A stretch of DNA of 51,839 nt from an uncultured Rhizobiaceae bacterium (lineage in GTDB: Bacteria; Pseudomonadota; Alphaproteobacteria; UBA828), in the NCBI GenBank assembly GCA_964427515.1, contig CAYRUX010000011.1, positions 1 through 51,839 on the forward strand, in the 5' to 3' direction. The notes under the pieces were generated by a model. That model was not told the DNA's origin and made no database searches. It was given only the letters and a program-made list of their open reading frames with translations. The translations under genes and the position numbers were made by a program. Shown here in pieces: positions 19,491 to 29,844 of the stretch; the first letter of the stretch is position 1, and the number at the start of each line of letters is the position of its first letter.

Positions 19491-22400
19491 TTAATTGTTG
19501 TCACGCCACTCTTCAGCTCGTGCTAAGTCGACAGACACTAACTGCGAGATACCACGTTCTATCATGGTTACTCCAAATAGTCGGTCTACTCTAGACATTG
19601 TCATGCGGTGATGTGTCACAATTAAGAAACGTGTGCCACTATCTTTTGCTAATTCTGATACTAAACTACAAAATCTATCCACATTGTTATCGTCGAGTGG
19701 AGCATCAACTTCGTCCAGCACACAGATTGGTGCAGGATTAGTAAGAAATACTGCAAATAATAATGCGAGTGCCGTTAGTGCTTTTTCTCCACCCGAGAGC
19801 AAAGAGAGGGATTGCAATTTCTTTCCTGGCGGGCTCGCCATAATCTCAAGTCCAGCCTCCAAAGGGTCATCTGACTCTACTAATTCTAAGTGCGCATGTC
19901 CTCCACCATAAAGCCGGGTAAAAAGTTTGCTAAAATGATTATCAATTGTCTTAAAAGCTTCTGTAACCCGCTGACGTCCATCTCGGTTAAGGTTAGATAT
20001 CCCTTGACGTAATTTGAATATGGCAGCCTCGAGATCTTCTCTTTCACTGGCAAGGCTGGATATCTGTTGACCTAATTCATTTGCTTCTTCTTCGGCACGT
20101 AGATTTACAGCGCCAATATTTTCGCGTTCACGGGTAAGACGTTGCATTCTATTTTCTATGGCTTCAATTTCTGGTAGTTTGTCAGTTTGAGGTAATGGGG
20201 TGTTTGATGATAATTCTTTTGGAGAGCACGATAACCTTTCCTCAATTTGAGAAACTATATTTTGAACCATTTGTTTTGCCTGTTCATGAATCCCCTCAGC
20301 CCGAACGCGTTCTTCTCTAGCACTAGCAAGAGCCTGTTCACTTGTCTTCAATTCAGAATTCATATTTCGTAATTCGTCTTCGCATTGGGCTAATTGTTCA
20401 GCAGCTGTATTGCGTTCTTTTTCAATCATTGAGATTTTATCTAATAATATAGACCGTTGTTCGACAATTTCTTGAGGGCGCTCAGCTAATTTATTAAGTT
20501 TTTGAGATACTTCCTCACGACGAGACTTAAGATCGTAAAGTCTAACATTAGCGCCAATTAGCCTTTGGGACCAATCTTGCTTTTCAATGTTTAAGTTTTT
20601 TAGTTGCTGTTGATGCTGAGAAGCCTCTCTTGATAGACGATCATAAATTCGGGTTTTCTCATCGTGATCTCTGCGCAGCACGGATAACTGACTTCTTTGA
20701 ACACTTAGTTCATTTTGGTTGATTTTGGAAGATTCAAATACCTTTAATGACTCCATGGTTTGTTGTATCGATATAGTATTATCGGTTAGTTCGTTATGAA
20801 GACTCTCTAATCTTGCATCAAGTGCACTAAGACGCGAGTTTTCCTCAATTGCTTCGTGAGTCAATTTTGATAATTGTTCATGAAGAGAGTGCAGATTCTC
20901 GCTGATCTGTTCAAAATTTTTTCTGGCTACTGAGTTATGTTTTACTGCCAAATGGAGGTTCTCTACTAAATGTAGCAAAGACTGTTCTGCTTGTTTATGT
21001 ACATTTGTTGCTGTTTTTAACTCTTTGCCTAGTTCATTCAACCTATTCCGCTGTTTTAAGCGAATTGCTGCAGCTGTAATAGCTCCAGCCTTAACAGTAA
21101 GGCCATCCCAACGCCAAAGTGCGCCAGCTTTATTCACTATGCACTGTCCTGGTTGTAAATAATTCTTAATTTTTTCGCCGTCCCCAGTAATCACGCCAAT
21201 TTGATCTAGTCTACGCTTTAAAACATCTGGCCCGCGCACAAATTTTGATAACGGTATAGTCATTTCAGGTAATTCTTGATCAGCCTTGAGAGGGATGAGT
21301 TCGGACCAGAAAATTTGATCTGTCGGGCTTTGGGACGCCTCTATATCTTCTCCCAGAGCTACACCGAGTGCAGCTTCGTAACCTGATTCAACTATTATAG
21401 AATCTAGTAATGTTGATCCTTTGTTATTATCACTATAATCAAATAATTTTTGGAGTCCCTGCTCCTCGGCTTTTAACTGGGACAAGGCAGCATTTGCAGC
21501 TTGGAGTATATCGCGAGCCGTTAACTCCTCAGTTTGTGCCGATTCTCTGGTAGATTCTGAAATTCGGAGTTCCTCTTGAAAGGTATCAACTTTTGATTTC
21601 ATCTCTATAATTGCTAGTTCTGTATTTTTGATTGAGTCTTGATGAATGTTACTTTCTCCAAGTCTTTCACGTTCACTTTGTATTGCAACAATTTGAGAAG
21701 ATGTTCCCTCTTTCTGTGTTTCCAGCTCTTGCAAACGTCGTTTCAAACTTGAGTGCCTAGCGTCATCTTGAGCAATTTTTTCAGTTAGCTCTGAAAAACT
21801 TTTCTCTAGACCCTCCAGGTTTGTGGCTGACGTTGTATAATCGTTAGCTGCCTTTTTTTCAGACTCTGCATACTCATCTTTGCTCTGTATTAGGTCACTT
21901 AACTGTTGGTTAATAAGTATAGTTTTGTTTTCAGCATCTTTAGATAGGTTTTTTTCCCGGATCAGGTCTTGGTCAATTTGAACCAGTCTTGATTTAAATT
22001 CTTCACACTGTTTATCTATTTCTTGTTCTTCTGAATCTAAATTTTCTCCAGCGATAGCGAGACGGTGTAGTGATGCGGCAAAATTGGCCTCTTCTTGTCG
22101 CAATTCCGGTAATTTTTCTGAACTTTTTGATTGTTCATTCGTCCTAATCGCTACATTAGCGGTTAGTTTAACCACAACGTCTTCAGCTGAAAAAATTTTT
22201 TCTTCAGACAAAGCTAGATCATTTTCAGCCTCTATTAATCTTAAGCGAAAAAGAAGCGCTTCAGCGTCCCTTAAGTTGTCTGAAATACGTCTATATCTAT
22301 TTGCCTGACGTGATTGGCGTTTAAGAGCCCGCATTTGCTCATCTAAAGTATCAATTACGTCTTGCAGCCGTCCTAGATTTGTTTCAGCCGCTCGAAGGCG

Positions 22401-22946
22401 TAATTCAGCCTCATGCCTTCGAGCATGCAGGCCACTAATACCAGCTGCCTCTTCGAGAATTCCGCGACGATTCTGTGGTCTTGCATTGATTATATCGCTA
22501 ATTCTTCCCTGGCCTACTAGTGCTGTTGAATGCGCTCCTGTAGCAATATCTGCAAAAAGATATTGCACATCCTTTGCGCGAACTTCGTTTCCATTAACCT
22601 TATAAGACGAGCCTGATCCGCGCTCTATTCTTCTTATCACTTCAATTTCATTATTTTCATTGAAAGCAGGTGGAGCAGTTCTATTTTCGTTATCTAGAAG
22701 AAGTGCAACCTCGGCTACATTGCGAGATGATCTAGAGTCTGTACCGTTAAATATGACATCGTCCATACCACCGCTACGCATTTGCCTCGGTGAATTTTCC
22801 CCCATTACCCAGCGAATAGCTTCAATTAAATTTGATTTACCACAACCATTCGGGCCAACTATGCCCGTCGTGCCCGGGCCAATTATTAGTTCGCTAGGCT
22901 CAGTAAATGACTTGAAGCCGATCAGTTTTAGCTTAGTAAAATTCAA
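19491..22946 (-). CDS. smc: Chromosome segregation protein SMC
   Basis: 1151 aa. N-terminal Walker A GPNGCGKSN, long coiled coils, a central hinge, and C-terminal LSGGEKALTALALLFA plus LDEVDAPLD. Confidence 0.96.
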   Translation of the reverse strand: MNFTKLKLIGFKSFTEPSELIIGPGTTGIVGPNGCGKSNLIEAIRWVMGENSPRQMRSGGMDDVIFNGTDSRSSRNVAEVALLLDNENRTAPPAFNENNEIEVIRRIERGSGSSYKVNGNEVRAKDVQYLFADIATGAHSTALVGQGRISDIINARPQNRRGILEEAAGISGLHARRHEAELRLRAAETNLGRLQDVIDTLDEQMRALKRQSRQANRYRRISDNLRDAEALLFRLRLIEAENDLALSEEKIFSAEDVVVKLTANVAIRTNEQSKSSEKLPELRQEEANFAASLHRLAIAGENLDSEEQEIDKQCEEFKSRLVQIDQDLIREKNLSKDAENKTILINQQLSDLIQSKDEYAESEKKAANDYTTSATNLEGLEKSFSELTEKIAQDDARHSSLKRRLQELETQKEGTSSQIVAIQSERERLGESNIHQDSIKNTELAIIEMKSKVDTFQEELRISESTRESAQTEELTARDILQAANAALSQLKAEEQGLQKLFDYSDNNKGSTLLDSIIVESGYEAALGVALGEDIEASQSPTDQIFWSELIPLKADQELPEMTIPLSKFVRGPDVLKRRLDQIGVITGDGEKIKNYLQPGQCIVNKAGALWRWDGLTVKAGAITAAAIRLKQRNRLNELGKELKTATNVHKQAEQSLLHLVENLHLAVKHNSVARKNFEQISENLHSLHEQLSKLTHEAIEENSRLSALDARLESLHNELTDNTISIQQTMESLKVFESSKINQNELSVQRSQLSVLRRDHDEKTRIYDRLSREASQHQQQLKNLNIEKQDWSQRLIGANVRLYDLKSRREEVSQKLNKLAERPQEIVEQRSILLDKISMIEKERNTAAEQLAQCEDELRNMNSELKTSEQALASAREERVRAEGIHEQAKQMVQNIVSQIEERLSCSPKELSSNTPLPQTDKLPEIEAIENRMQRLTRERENIGAVNLRAEEEANELGQQISSLASEREDLEAAIFKLRQGISNLNRDGRQRVTEAFKTIDNHFSKLFTRLYGGGHAHLELVESDDPLEAGLEIMASPPGKKLQSLSLLSGGEKALTALALLFAVFLTNPAPICVLDEVDAPLDDNNVDRFCSLVSELAKDSGTRFLIVTHHRMTMSRVDRLFGVTMIERGISQLVSVDLARAEEWRDNN

Positions 22947-22995
22947 TTGCTAATCGATCCGTAAGAAAAATAACTTTTTTAGCCTTCATTGACCG

Positions 22996-23688
22996 TTAGG
23001 TGTCCGGTAAATAATTATCTAGAGTTTTTGAAAACTTTTCATAATTTGCACCACCTTCTTGCTTTGTCCCATTAATAATAAAAGTGGGGGTGGATCTAAC
23101 GTCGTATGTTTCCTGAGCATCTAACATATTATTAAATATTTTTGCTTCTATCGAGCCATTGCCAAGGCAATCTTTGAATTCTGCTTCGCTTATTCCACCT
23201 AATTGTGCAATTTGTCCCAGTACTTTGAGGTAATCCGCCGCACGGGTCCAATTATCAAATGTGTTGAAAAGAGTTTCGATAAATGCGAAATACCTATCGG
23301 GTCCAGCACACTGAGCTAAAATAGCCGCGTCTAATGCTGGCCTATTTAAGGGGAAGTCTCTGGAAATGAATCTTACCTTTCCGGTATCGATATACTCTGT
23401 TCTAAGGCGAGGAAATATTTCCAAATGAAAATCGCGACAGTGCGAGCAAGTAAGTGAAAAATATTCTATTAGATAAATGGGTGATTCTGGTTCGCCAATA
23501 GCCTGGTCGTCTGGCTTCTCCCAGTTGCTTGCGGTGGCAGTCATAGACGTCAAATGTAGTAGAGGCGGTGCAACCAATGCGCCAGCCGCTCCAGTCATTC
23601 CTGCTATCAAAAATCGTCTGGTGATCATATGCGAGTCTCTGTTGTAAGGATCCACATTATAAAGGTGTGGTTGCAGTCTCTCAAGCAT
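22996..23688 (-). CDS. DsbA-family thiol:disulfide oxidoreductase
   Basis: CSHC active site in YFSLTCSHCRDFH. TRRFLIAG signal-like N-terminus. The start may instead be ATG 23628 (MITRRF...). Confidence 0.85.
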   Translation of the reverse strand: MLERLQPHLYNVDPYNRDSHMITRRFLIAGMTGAAGALVAPPLLHLTSMTATASNWEKPDDQAIGEPESPIYLIEYFSLTCSHCRDFHLEIFPRLRTEYIDTGKVRFISRDFPLNRPALDAAILAQCAGPDRYFAFIETLFNTFDNWTRAADYLKVLGQIAQLGGISEAEFKDCLGNGSIEAKIFNNMLDAQETYDVRSTPTFIINGTKQEGGANYEKFSKTLDNYLPDT

Positions 23689-23752
23689 AGTTGGTTAAAG
23701 AATTTCATAATATTGGCTCGTAAATACACATTAATTATTATAATTCAATGAG

Positions 23753-24226
23753 TTAACCGTTCTTTCTCTTATTTTTTATGACTTCTGACAATTTTGATAA
23801 TGCAGTCTTCACGTTTGTCTCCCTGTCAGGGTTAGTTGCATAGAGCAAGTTCTCCGATAAATCCGATTCGGAATTCGAGGCTTTGATTGAGAGAGGTGTG
23901 GCAAGATGCTTCTCAATTGGACCCTGAATAATACTTAGTCGGCGTGCAGCACGATAACCAAAATATACTGCTACCTTATCGAGAATCTGAGGTTCCAAAT
24001 GTTGGATTTCAGTGGCAATAGGGCCGTCAACACGGAGACGTAAGGTTCCATTTCTGTCAAGTTTTTCTGGAAGCGTATAGCCAGCTATTTGTGATCCAAC
24101 AATATTAGCCCAATCACTAATAATTCGCTGATCACCAAATCCGCGTTTACGATTAATTTTTTGTTTAACCGCTCTTAGTGCGAAGGCGACCTGAATGGTA
24201 GTTCTAGATCGTTGACTTTTTCCCAT
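23753..24226 (-). CDS. DUF721 (DciA-like) protein
   Basis: 157 aa with W..IVG..IA..T.P pattern (SDWANIVGSQIAGYTLPEKLDRNGTLRLRV). Divergent from mutY, as in many alphaproteobacteria. Confidence 0.75.
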   Translation of the reverse strand: MGKSQRSRTTIQVAFALRAVKQKINRKRGFGDQRIISDWANIVGSQIAGYTLPEKLDRNGTLRLRVDGPIATEIQHLEPQILDKVAVYFGYRAARRLSIIQGPIEKHLATPLSIKASNSESDLSENLLYATNPDRETNVKTALSKLSEVIKNKRKNG

Positions 24227-24318
24227 ATATATTTGCTAGAATATCATACTGCATTTTCTTCAACAATTAACTCTCACGACGAAAAAGTCGATTCTCAGGA
24301 ATTTTACAGGGATATTGG

Positions 24319-25386
24319 ATGGCTTTGTCAAATGATATTGGTGTCGAGGTTTCTGAACTATCTGACACATTGTTACGCTGGTATGACCGAGATCATCGTC
24401 AACTCCCATGGCGCATGGAATCTGGAGGGCAGGATTCTGCTTACAAAGTATGGTTGAGTGAAATAATGCTACAGCAAACTACTGTAGAAACTGTAAAGCC
24501 CTACTTTATAGAATTTCTTAGGCGTTGGCCTCTCATTTCGGATCTTGCTAATGCTTCTCTGGACGATGTCCTGCATGCATGGCAGGGTCTTGGCTATTAT
24601 GCACGGGCTAGAAATATGTTAAAATGCGCTCGAACGCTTTGGGAACGTTATAAGGGTATTTTTCCTTGTAATGAAGAAGAGCTCTTAAAGCTGCCAGGCA
24701 TAGGGCCTTATACCGCTGCAGCGATTGTTGCAATAGCATTTAATCGTCCAGCAACAGTTGTAGATGGTAATGTGGAACGCGTTATATCTCGCCTGCGAAT
24801 GATTGAAACTCCTTTGCCTAGCGCCAAAAAGGAAATATATAAATTTGCAAAAATTATTACCCCAATTGGTAGGTCTGGAGATTATGCCCAGGCCATAATG
24901 GATCTTGGCGCTACAATATGTAAGCCTAGGAAGCCATTATGTCATATTTGTCCCTGGCAACCGGCTTGCATCTCTTATAGATCAGGCCAGCCTGAAGATT
25001 ATCCAAAAAAGCCTGCTCGGTTAATTCGAGGATCGCGCTATGGTGTGGCATTTTGGTTAGTGAGACGTGACGGTTTTATTTTATTAAGGCGAAGACCAAA
25101 CAAGGGTTTATTAGGGGGTCTGATGGAAGTTCCGACTACTGAGTGGTTAGATACACCATGGAAAAATAGAGCCATTTTTAACTCAGTGCCCGTTGGAGAA
25201 CGCTGGTATCGTCTTCCAACCGCGATTAAACATGATTTCACACATTTCCAACTAGAATTAATTATTATGTGTGGAACAGTTGATGGTAGGAGGGCAGTAG
25301 ACGGGGTCTGGTGTGATATTAACAACCTAGGCAATTACGCTATATCCGCATTGAGCAAAAAGATAGTGGGTGAAGTTTGTAGATAG
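24319..25386 (+). CDS. mutY: A/G-specific adenine DNA glycosylase
   Basis: LLRWYDRDHRQLPWR, WLSEIMLQQTTV, an HhH-GPD region, a C-x6-C-x2-C-x5-C Fe-S cluster loop (CKPRKPLCHICPWQPAC), and a NUDIX-like C-terminal domain. Confidence 0.93.
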   Translation: MALSNDIGVEVSELSDTLLRWYDRDHRQLPWRMESGGQDSAYKVWLSEIMLQQTTVETVKPYFIEFLRRWPLISDLANASLDDVLHAWQGLGYYARARNMLKCARTLWERYKGIFPCNEEELLKLPGIGPYTAAAIVAIAFNRPATVVDGNVERVISRLRMIETPLPSAKKEIYKFAKIITPIGRSGDYAQAIMDLGATICKPRKPLCHICPWQPACISYRSGQPEDYPKKPARLIRGSRYGVAFWLVRRDGFILLRRRPNKGLLGGLMEVPTTEWLDTPWKNRAIFNSVPVGERWYRLPTAIKHDFTHFQLELIIMCGTVDGRRAVDGVWCDINNLGNYAISALSKKIVGEVCR

Positions 25387-25401
25387 TTAGATCAGGATTA
25401 A

Positions 25402-26496
25402 TCAGTCTATATTGTTTCTGACCTTGCTACGAAGACTGTCAATGGAAGTAAGTTCGCCTTGCTTATCTTCGATGTACCAGTAAGTCCATCCATTACATGC
25501 TTCTTTGCCCTGGGCCAATGCTCCAATTCGATGTATGGAGCCGGTGAGATTTTCACGAGTGAGGCTACCATCAGCTCTTACCCTCGCTTTGACCCGTTTC
25601 ATGCGGTCATAGAGAGTCTCGCCTGGCTTTATTAATCCATGATCTATAAGATTTCCAAACGGTACTCGCGGTTGTTGCCGCTTGTTTTTAGTAGTTTGAA
25701 GCACTTCAGCAGGATACGGTACAGTAGCATTGATACGTGATATAGCTAATCGAGTATAATTTTTTTCCTTTTCTATCCCAATCCACTGGCGATTTAGACT
25801 TTTTGCTACGACTGCAGTTGTTCCAGAACCTAGAAATGGATCTAAAACGACGTCACCCGGGTTACTACATGCCACAAGAATTCTCTGGATAAGAATTTCT
25901 GGTTTTTGTGTCGGATGTGCTTTGTGGCCATTTACTTTTAATCTCTCGGAACCGCCACATACTGGAATAAGCCAATCACTTCTCATTTGCAGCTCATCAT
26001 TTAGCGATTTCATAGCTTCGTAGTTAAAAGTATATCTTTTACTATCGGCACTCTTAGCACACCAGATTAATGTTTCTTGAGCATTTGTAAATCTTCGACC
26101 CCGAAAGTTTGGCATAGGGTTGGTCTTTCGCCAAATGACGTCATTTAGCATCCAAAAACCGATATCCTGAAGTATTGTGCCTATTCTGTGGATATTATGA
26201 TATGTGCCCATTACCCAAATTGTTCCAGTTTCCTTAAGGACACGTCTGGCAGCAATCAACCAATTTCGAGTAAATTGGTCATATTCAGCGAAGTTAGAAA
26301 ATTTGTCCCAATTGTCATCAACGCCATTTACTGGAGTGTTATTTGGGCGCAACAATTGCCCGCTGAGCTGCAAGTTATAGGGTGGGTCTGCAAATATTAC
26401 ATCAACAGAATTTGCATCAATCTTGGAAAGTTCGCTGACACAATCACCAATTAGTAATCGCCCACCTAATAAATCAATTTTATTAATATTTTTCAT
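25402..26496 (-). CDS. ccrM: CcrM-type N6-adenine DNA methyltransferase (GANTC-specific family)
   Basis: Near-colinear resemblance to Caulobacter CcrM as I recall it: [41 protein letters not shown], and the C-terminal SIHRIGA...CNGWTYW domain. Confidence 0.92.
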   Translation of the reverse strand: MKNINKIDLLGGRLLIGDCVSELSKIDANSVDVIFADPPYNLQLSGQLLRPNNTPVNGVDDNWDKFSNFAEYDQFTRNWLIAARRVLKETGTIWVMGTYHNIHRIGTILQDIGFWMLNDVIWRKTNPMPNFRGRRFTNAQETLIWCAKSADSKRYTFNYEAMKSLNDELQMRSDWLIPVCGGSERLKVNGHKAHPTQKPEILIQRILVACSNPGDVVLDPFLGSGTTAVVAKSLNRQWIGIEKEKNYTRLAISRINATVPYPAEVLQTTKNKRQQPRVPFGNLIDHGLIKPGETLYDRMKRVKARVRADGSLTRENLTGSIHRIGALAQGKEACNGWTYWYIEDKQGELTSIDSLRSKVRNNID

Positions 26497-26552
26497 AGTC
26501 GATCAACATGGCCTACTCGGAGTCTTGTCGTCAAGTCTGTCTTCGAAGTTCT

Positions 26553-27152
26553 TCATAATAGGTTTCGTATAGGCTTAAATGATTTTCGATGGTGGGGTGT
26601 GATCCCATGTTGAAGTATACCTTCACGGTGTTCTTTAGTCCCATAGCCAAAATTTTTATGCCATCCGTAACCGGGATAATTATGACTCAATTTTATCATG
26701 TATTGATCTCGACTTACCTTGGAAATAATTGAAGCTGCTGCAATTGACAGACTTTTAGTATCACCTTTGACCAAGCACACCACTGGACATGAAAGATTTG
26801 GAGGTATGTTGCCGTCTACAATTGCTGTGTTTACTTCGCAATGAATATCTTCAAATGCTCTTTTCATGGCTAAATGGGTAGCGCGTAAAATATTTAAATT
26901 GTCAATTTCACTAACACTTGCACTTCCTCTACCTACCGTTGCGTAATCTAATATGCGAGGAGCGATAGTTTCCCGTTTTTTAGCACTAAGCTTTTTTGAA
27001 TCGTTTATTTCTCTGGCTAATCCATCGGGAATGTCCATAGGGTTAAAAACTACTGCAGCTGCATATACAGGGCCTGCCCAAGGCCCTCGCCCAGCTTCAT
27101 CAATTCCTGCTATGTAGCCACCAATTGAAAGTTCAAAGGAAAAATCTGGCAC
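26553..27152 (-). CDS. rnhB: Ribonuclease HII
   Basis: GIDEAGRGPWAGPV and DSKKLS motifs at 199 aa. Confidence 0.94.
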   Translation of the reverse strand: MPDFSFELSIGGYIAGIDEAGRGPWAGPVYAAAVVFNPMDIPDGLAREINDSKKLSAKKRETIAPRILDYATVGRGSASVSEIDNLNILRATHLAMKRAFEDIHCEVNTAIVDGNIPPNLSCPVVCLVKGDTKSLSIAAASIISKVSRDQYMIKLSHNYPGYGWHKNFGYGTKEHREGILQHGITPHHRKSFKPIRNLL

Positions 27153-27313
27153 AGTAAATATTAATTTCTGTTGATTGTAAAAGATATGTGCATTCTAGCT
27201 TAAAAGCATTATTCTGCTAAAAACCCTTTGGGATGACAATATCACCTTTAGTATCTTTCTATATCCTGTTGATACATTTTATGAACATCAATACATAAAT
27301 AAGTATGTCTAAA

Positions 27314-28462
27314 CTAGAGTAAATTTAATTGCACATAATGTGCTTGTGGCTTGCGAAAAAGATTAAGATCAAGATCGACAGAAGTATTTTCAATGCCTAG
27401 CTTCTTTTTTGCCAGAACAAACCGTCCCTTAAGTATTTCCGCCTGAGGGCCTGATCCAGTTTGTCTCATCCAGAAAGAGGAATTATAATTATTACCGAGG
27501 TGCATTTCTCGTAATCTGTTTAAAGCACGAGAGTATCCTCGCGGATAATATAATTGTAACCACTCTTTAAACAAGTCTGATACTTCGCCTGGTAGTCGTA
27601 GTAAAATGTAATTGGCTTCTTTAGCACCTGCTACAACGCATTGGGATAGAATTTCCTCTAACTCATGATCATTGATCGTGGGGATTACCGGGGCAAAATT
27701 AACACAGGTTGGTATTCCAGCATCGCTCAATTTTTTGATTGCATTTAGCCTCCTTAAAGGGGTTGTCGCTCTTGGCTCGAGAGTTCTAGCAAGTTTCTTG
27801 TTTAGAGTGGTAAATGAAAAAGTTACCTTCACAATATTTAACTTTGCCATTGACTTTAGGATATCAATATCTCGGGTAATCAAATCTGATTTAGTTATAA
27901 TTGTAGTGGGGTGTTTAAATTCTGAAAGTACATTTAATAACTGACGGGTGATTTTCAACTTTCGTTCGATTGGTTGATATGGGTCAGTATTGGTGCCCAG
28001 GGCGAGAACTTTACATTTATATTTTGGATGTTTTAATTGTTTTTCTAAAATACTGGAAGCTTCTCGTTTTACAAAGATTTGGCTTTCAAAGTCTTGCCCC
28101 GGCGATAAACCTAAAAATGAGTGTGTTGGTCTTGCATAACAGTAAATGCAACCGTGCTCACATCCACGATATGGATTGATAGACAGATCAAATGCTAAAT
28201 CAGGGGACTGATTGCTGGATATTACGGTTCTGCTATTATCTGTGTGAAAAGAAGTAACAAGTTTATTAGAGGGCTTATCTAAATTATTCCAGCCATCATC
28301 AATTTTTTCGGTAACGAGAGATTCAAACCGTCCAGCCCTATTGCTTATTGCTCCGCGTCCACGTTTTATAGAATGTGCTTGTTGATAAGTAAATTTTTGT
28401 TTTTGGCTATTATTTCGCATAGTTTCTTTAATATATGAAATAATAGAACAAATAAAGAACAA
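27314..28462 (-). CDS. Radical SAM protein, PA0069/COG1533 (SplB-like) type
   Basis: NPYRGCEHGCIYCYAR CxxxCxxC cluster motif. The TTG start is at 28462; ATG 28420 (MRNNSQ...) is an alternative. Confidence 0.82.
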   Translation of the reverse strand: MFFICSIISYIKETMRNNSQKQKFTYQQAHSIKRGRGAISNRAGRFESLVTEKIDDGWNNLDKPSNKLVTSFHTDNSRTVISSNQSPDLAFDLSINPYRGCEHGCIYCYARPTHSFLGLSPGQDFESQIFVKREASSILEKQLKHPKYKCKVLALGTNTDPYQPIERKLKITRQLLNVLSEFKHPTTIITKSDLITRDIDILKSMAKLNIVKVTFSFTTLNKKLARTLEPRATTPLRRLNAIKKLSDAGIPTCVNFAPVIPTINDHELEEILSQCVVAGAKEANYILLRLPGEVSDLFKEWLQLYYPRGYSRALNRLREMHLGNNYNSSFWMRQTGSGPQAEILKGRFVLAKKKLGIENTSVDLDLNLFRKPQAHYVQLNLL

Positions 28463-28491
28463 AAATGTGATTGGGTTTTTGCTAATATAAC

Positions 28492-29184
28492 ATGAAGAGG
28501 ATATTTTTGTTATCTATAATTATTCCCACACTAAATGCTGAAAAAACATTAGACGCTGCATTAAACGTATTTACTGATTCAAAATTAATTGAGAACGCTC
28601 AAGTACTAATAGTGGACGGAGGTTCTCAAGATACCACCTGTTTAATTGCAAAAATGAAAGGGGTAGAAATTATTAACAGCAAAATGGGGAGAGGTAGGCA
28701 ATTGATTAAAGGTGTAGAATATTCCAGTGGGGATTGGCTTCTTTTTGTACATGCTGACACGATTCTAACAGAAAATTGGTTCAATGAGATAACTATGTTT
28801 ATGGCTGATTCTAAAAACTACCGTAGAGCTGGTGTGTTTAGATTTGCACTTGATGACCGAGCAAAAGCAGCGAGAAGGTTAGAGTTTGTCGCTAACTGGA
28901 GAGCTAAATACATTGGATTGCCTTATGGAGATCAAGGGCTTCTGATCAAGCGAGAATTCTATAATTATTTAGGTGGTTTTCGACCCATGCCGATTATGGA
29001 GGATGTAGACATGGTGCGTCGAATTGGAATCAGACGTTTGGTACATTTTAAATCAGTCGCCCTCACCTCAGCATCACGATATAAAGAATCTGGTTATGCT
29101 TGCCGATCTCTAAAAAATAGTTTTTGCCTCGGACTATATTTTTTAGGCGTTGAGCCGAGCAAATTGATCAGATTTTATCAATAA
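28492..29184 (+). CDS. Family-2 glycosyltransferase, TIGR04283-like
   Basis: LSIIIPTLNAEKTL, GRGRQLIKGVEYSSGDWLLFVHADTIL, and FRFALD...GLPYGDQGLLIKR...PIMEDVDMVRR. Confidence 0.8.
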   Translation: MKRIFLLSIIIPTLNAEKTLDAALNVFTDSKLIENAQVLIVDGGSQDTTCLIAKMKGVEIINSKMGRGRQLIKGVEYSSGDWLLFVHADTILTENWFNEITMFMADSKNYRRAGVFRFALDDRAKAARRLEFVANWRAKYIGLPYGDQGLLIKREFYNYLGGFRPMPIMEDVDMVRRIGIRRLVHFKSVALTSASRYKESGYACRSLKNSFCLGLYFLGVEPSKLIRFYQ

Positions 29185-29191
29185 TTTATTT

Positions 29192-29803
29192 ATGCGTAAA
29201 AATGTGTTGATATTTGTTAAAGCTCCAAGAATTGGAGCCGTTAAGCAAAGACTTTCAAATGATATCGGTTTTGAAGAGGCATGGTGTTTTTATCGGCGTA
29301 CGGTGAGAAATCTTATACTTCAACTCACCCGTGATACTCGTTGGTCTTGTTGTTTAGTTGTGACACCAGATTCTCTAGTTACCATTGATCCTTTTTGGCC
29401 GAATCTTTGCAGTGTTGTAAAACAAGGCCATGGTGATCTAGGACAAAAAATGCGTCGGGCGCTGGCTAATTTTTATTCCAATCCTACTGTTCTTATTGGA
29501 AGTGATATACCGGAGGTGACAAGAGATCATATACAATCTGCGTTTAAAGCACTAGCGGCGAATGACGTTGTACTTGGGCCGGCTTCGGATGGTGGATATT
29601 GGTTAGTTGGACTTTCATCTCGAGCACTCCGCTCAAATCCGTTCGACGGTGTATCTTGGTCAAGTCCCAAAGTATTCTCAGAAACTGTTAGAAATGTTCC
29701 AAATGGTTACTCAATTTCGATTCTGAATAAACTAAATGACATAGATAACGGGATCGATCACCAACGGTGGCAAATTAGACTAGCTCTTAAAAGTAAAAGT
29801 TGA
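29192..29803 (+). CDS. DUF2064 / TIGR04282-like nucleotidyltransferase-fold protein
   Basis: IFVKAPRIGAVKQRLS and GSDIPEVT...VLGPASDGGYWLVGL signatures. It starts 7 nt after the GT2 gene. Confidence 0.8.
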   Translation: MRKNVLIFVKAPRIGAVKQRLSNDIGFEEAWCFYRRTVRNLILQLTRDTRWSCCLVVTPDSLVTIDPFWPNLCSVVKQGHGDLGQKMRRALANFYSNPTVLIGSDIPEVTRDHIQSAFKALAANDVVLGPASDGGYWLVGLSSRALRSNPFDGVSWSSPKVFSETVRNVPNGYSISILNKLNDIDNGIDHQRWQIRLALKSKS

Positions 29804-29844
29804 TGTGTAGTCAGTACGAGTTTGAGAGGGAAGTTAGACTGTAA

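Noticed and set aside
28492-29803. Calling the GT2/DUF2064 pair an arsenosugar biosynthesis system
   Set aside because: That label rests on genomic association with ArsS/ArsM. Neither gene is present in this window, and the adjacent radical SAM gene belongs to a different family. Only the family assignment is retained.
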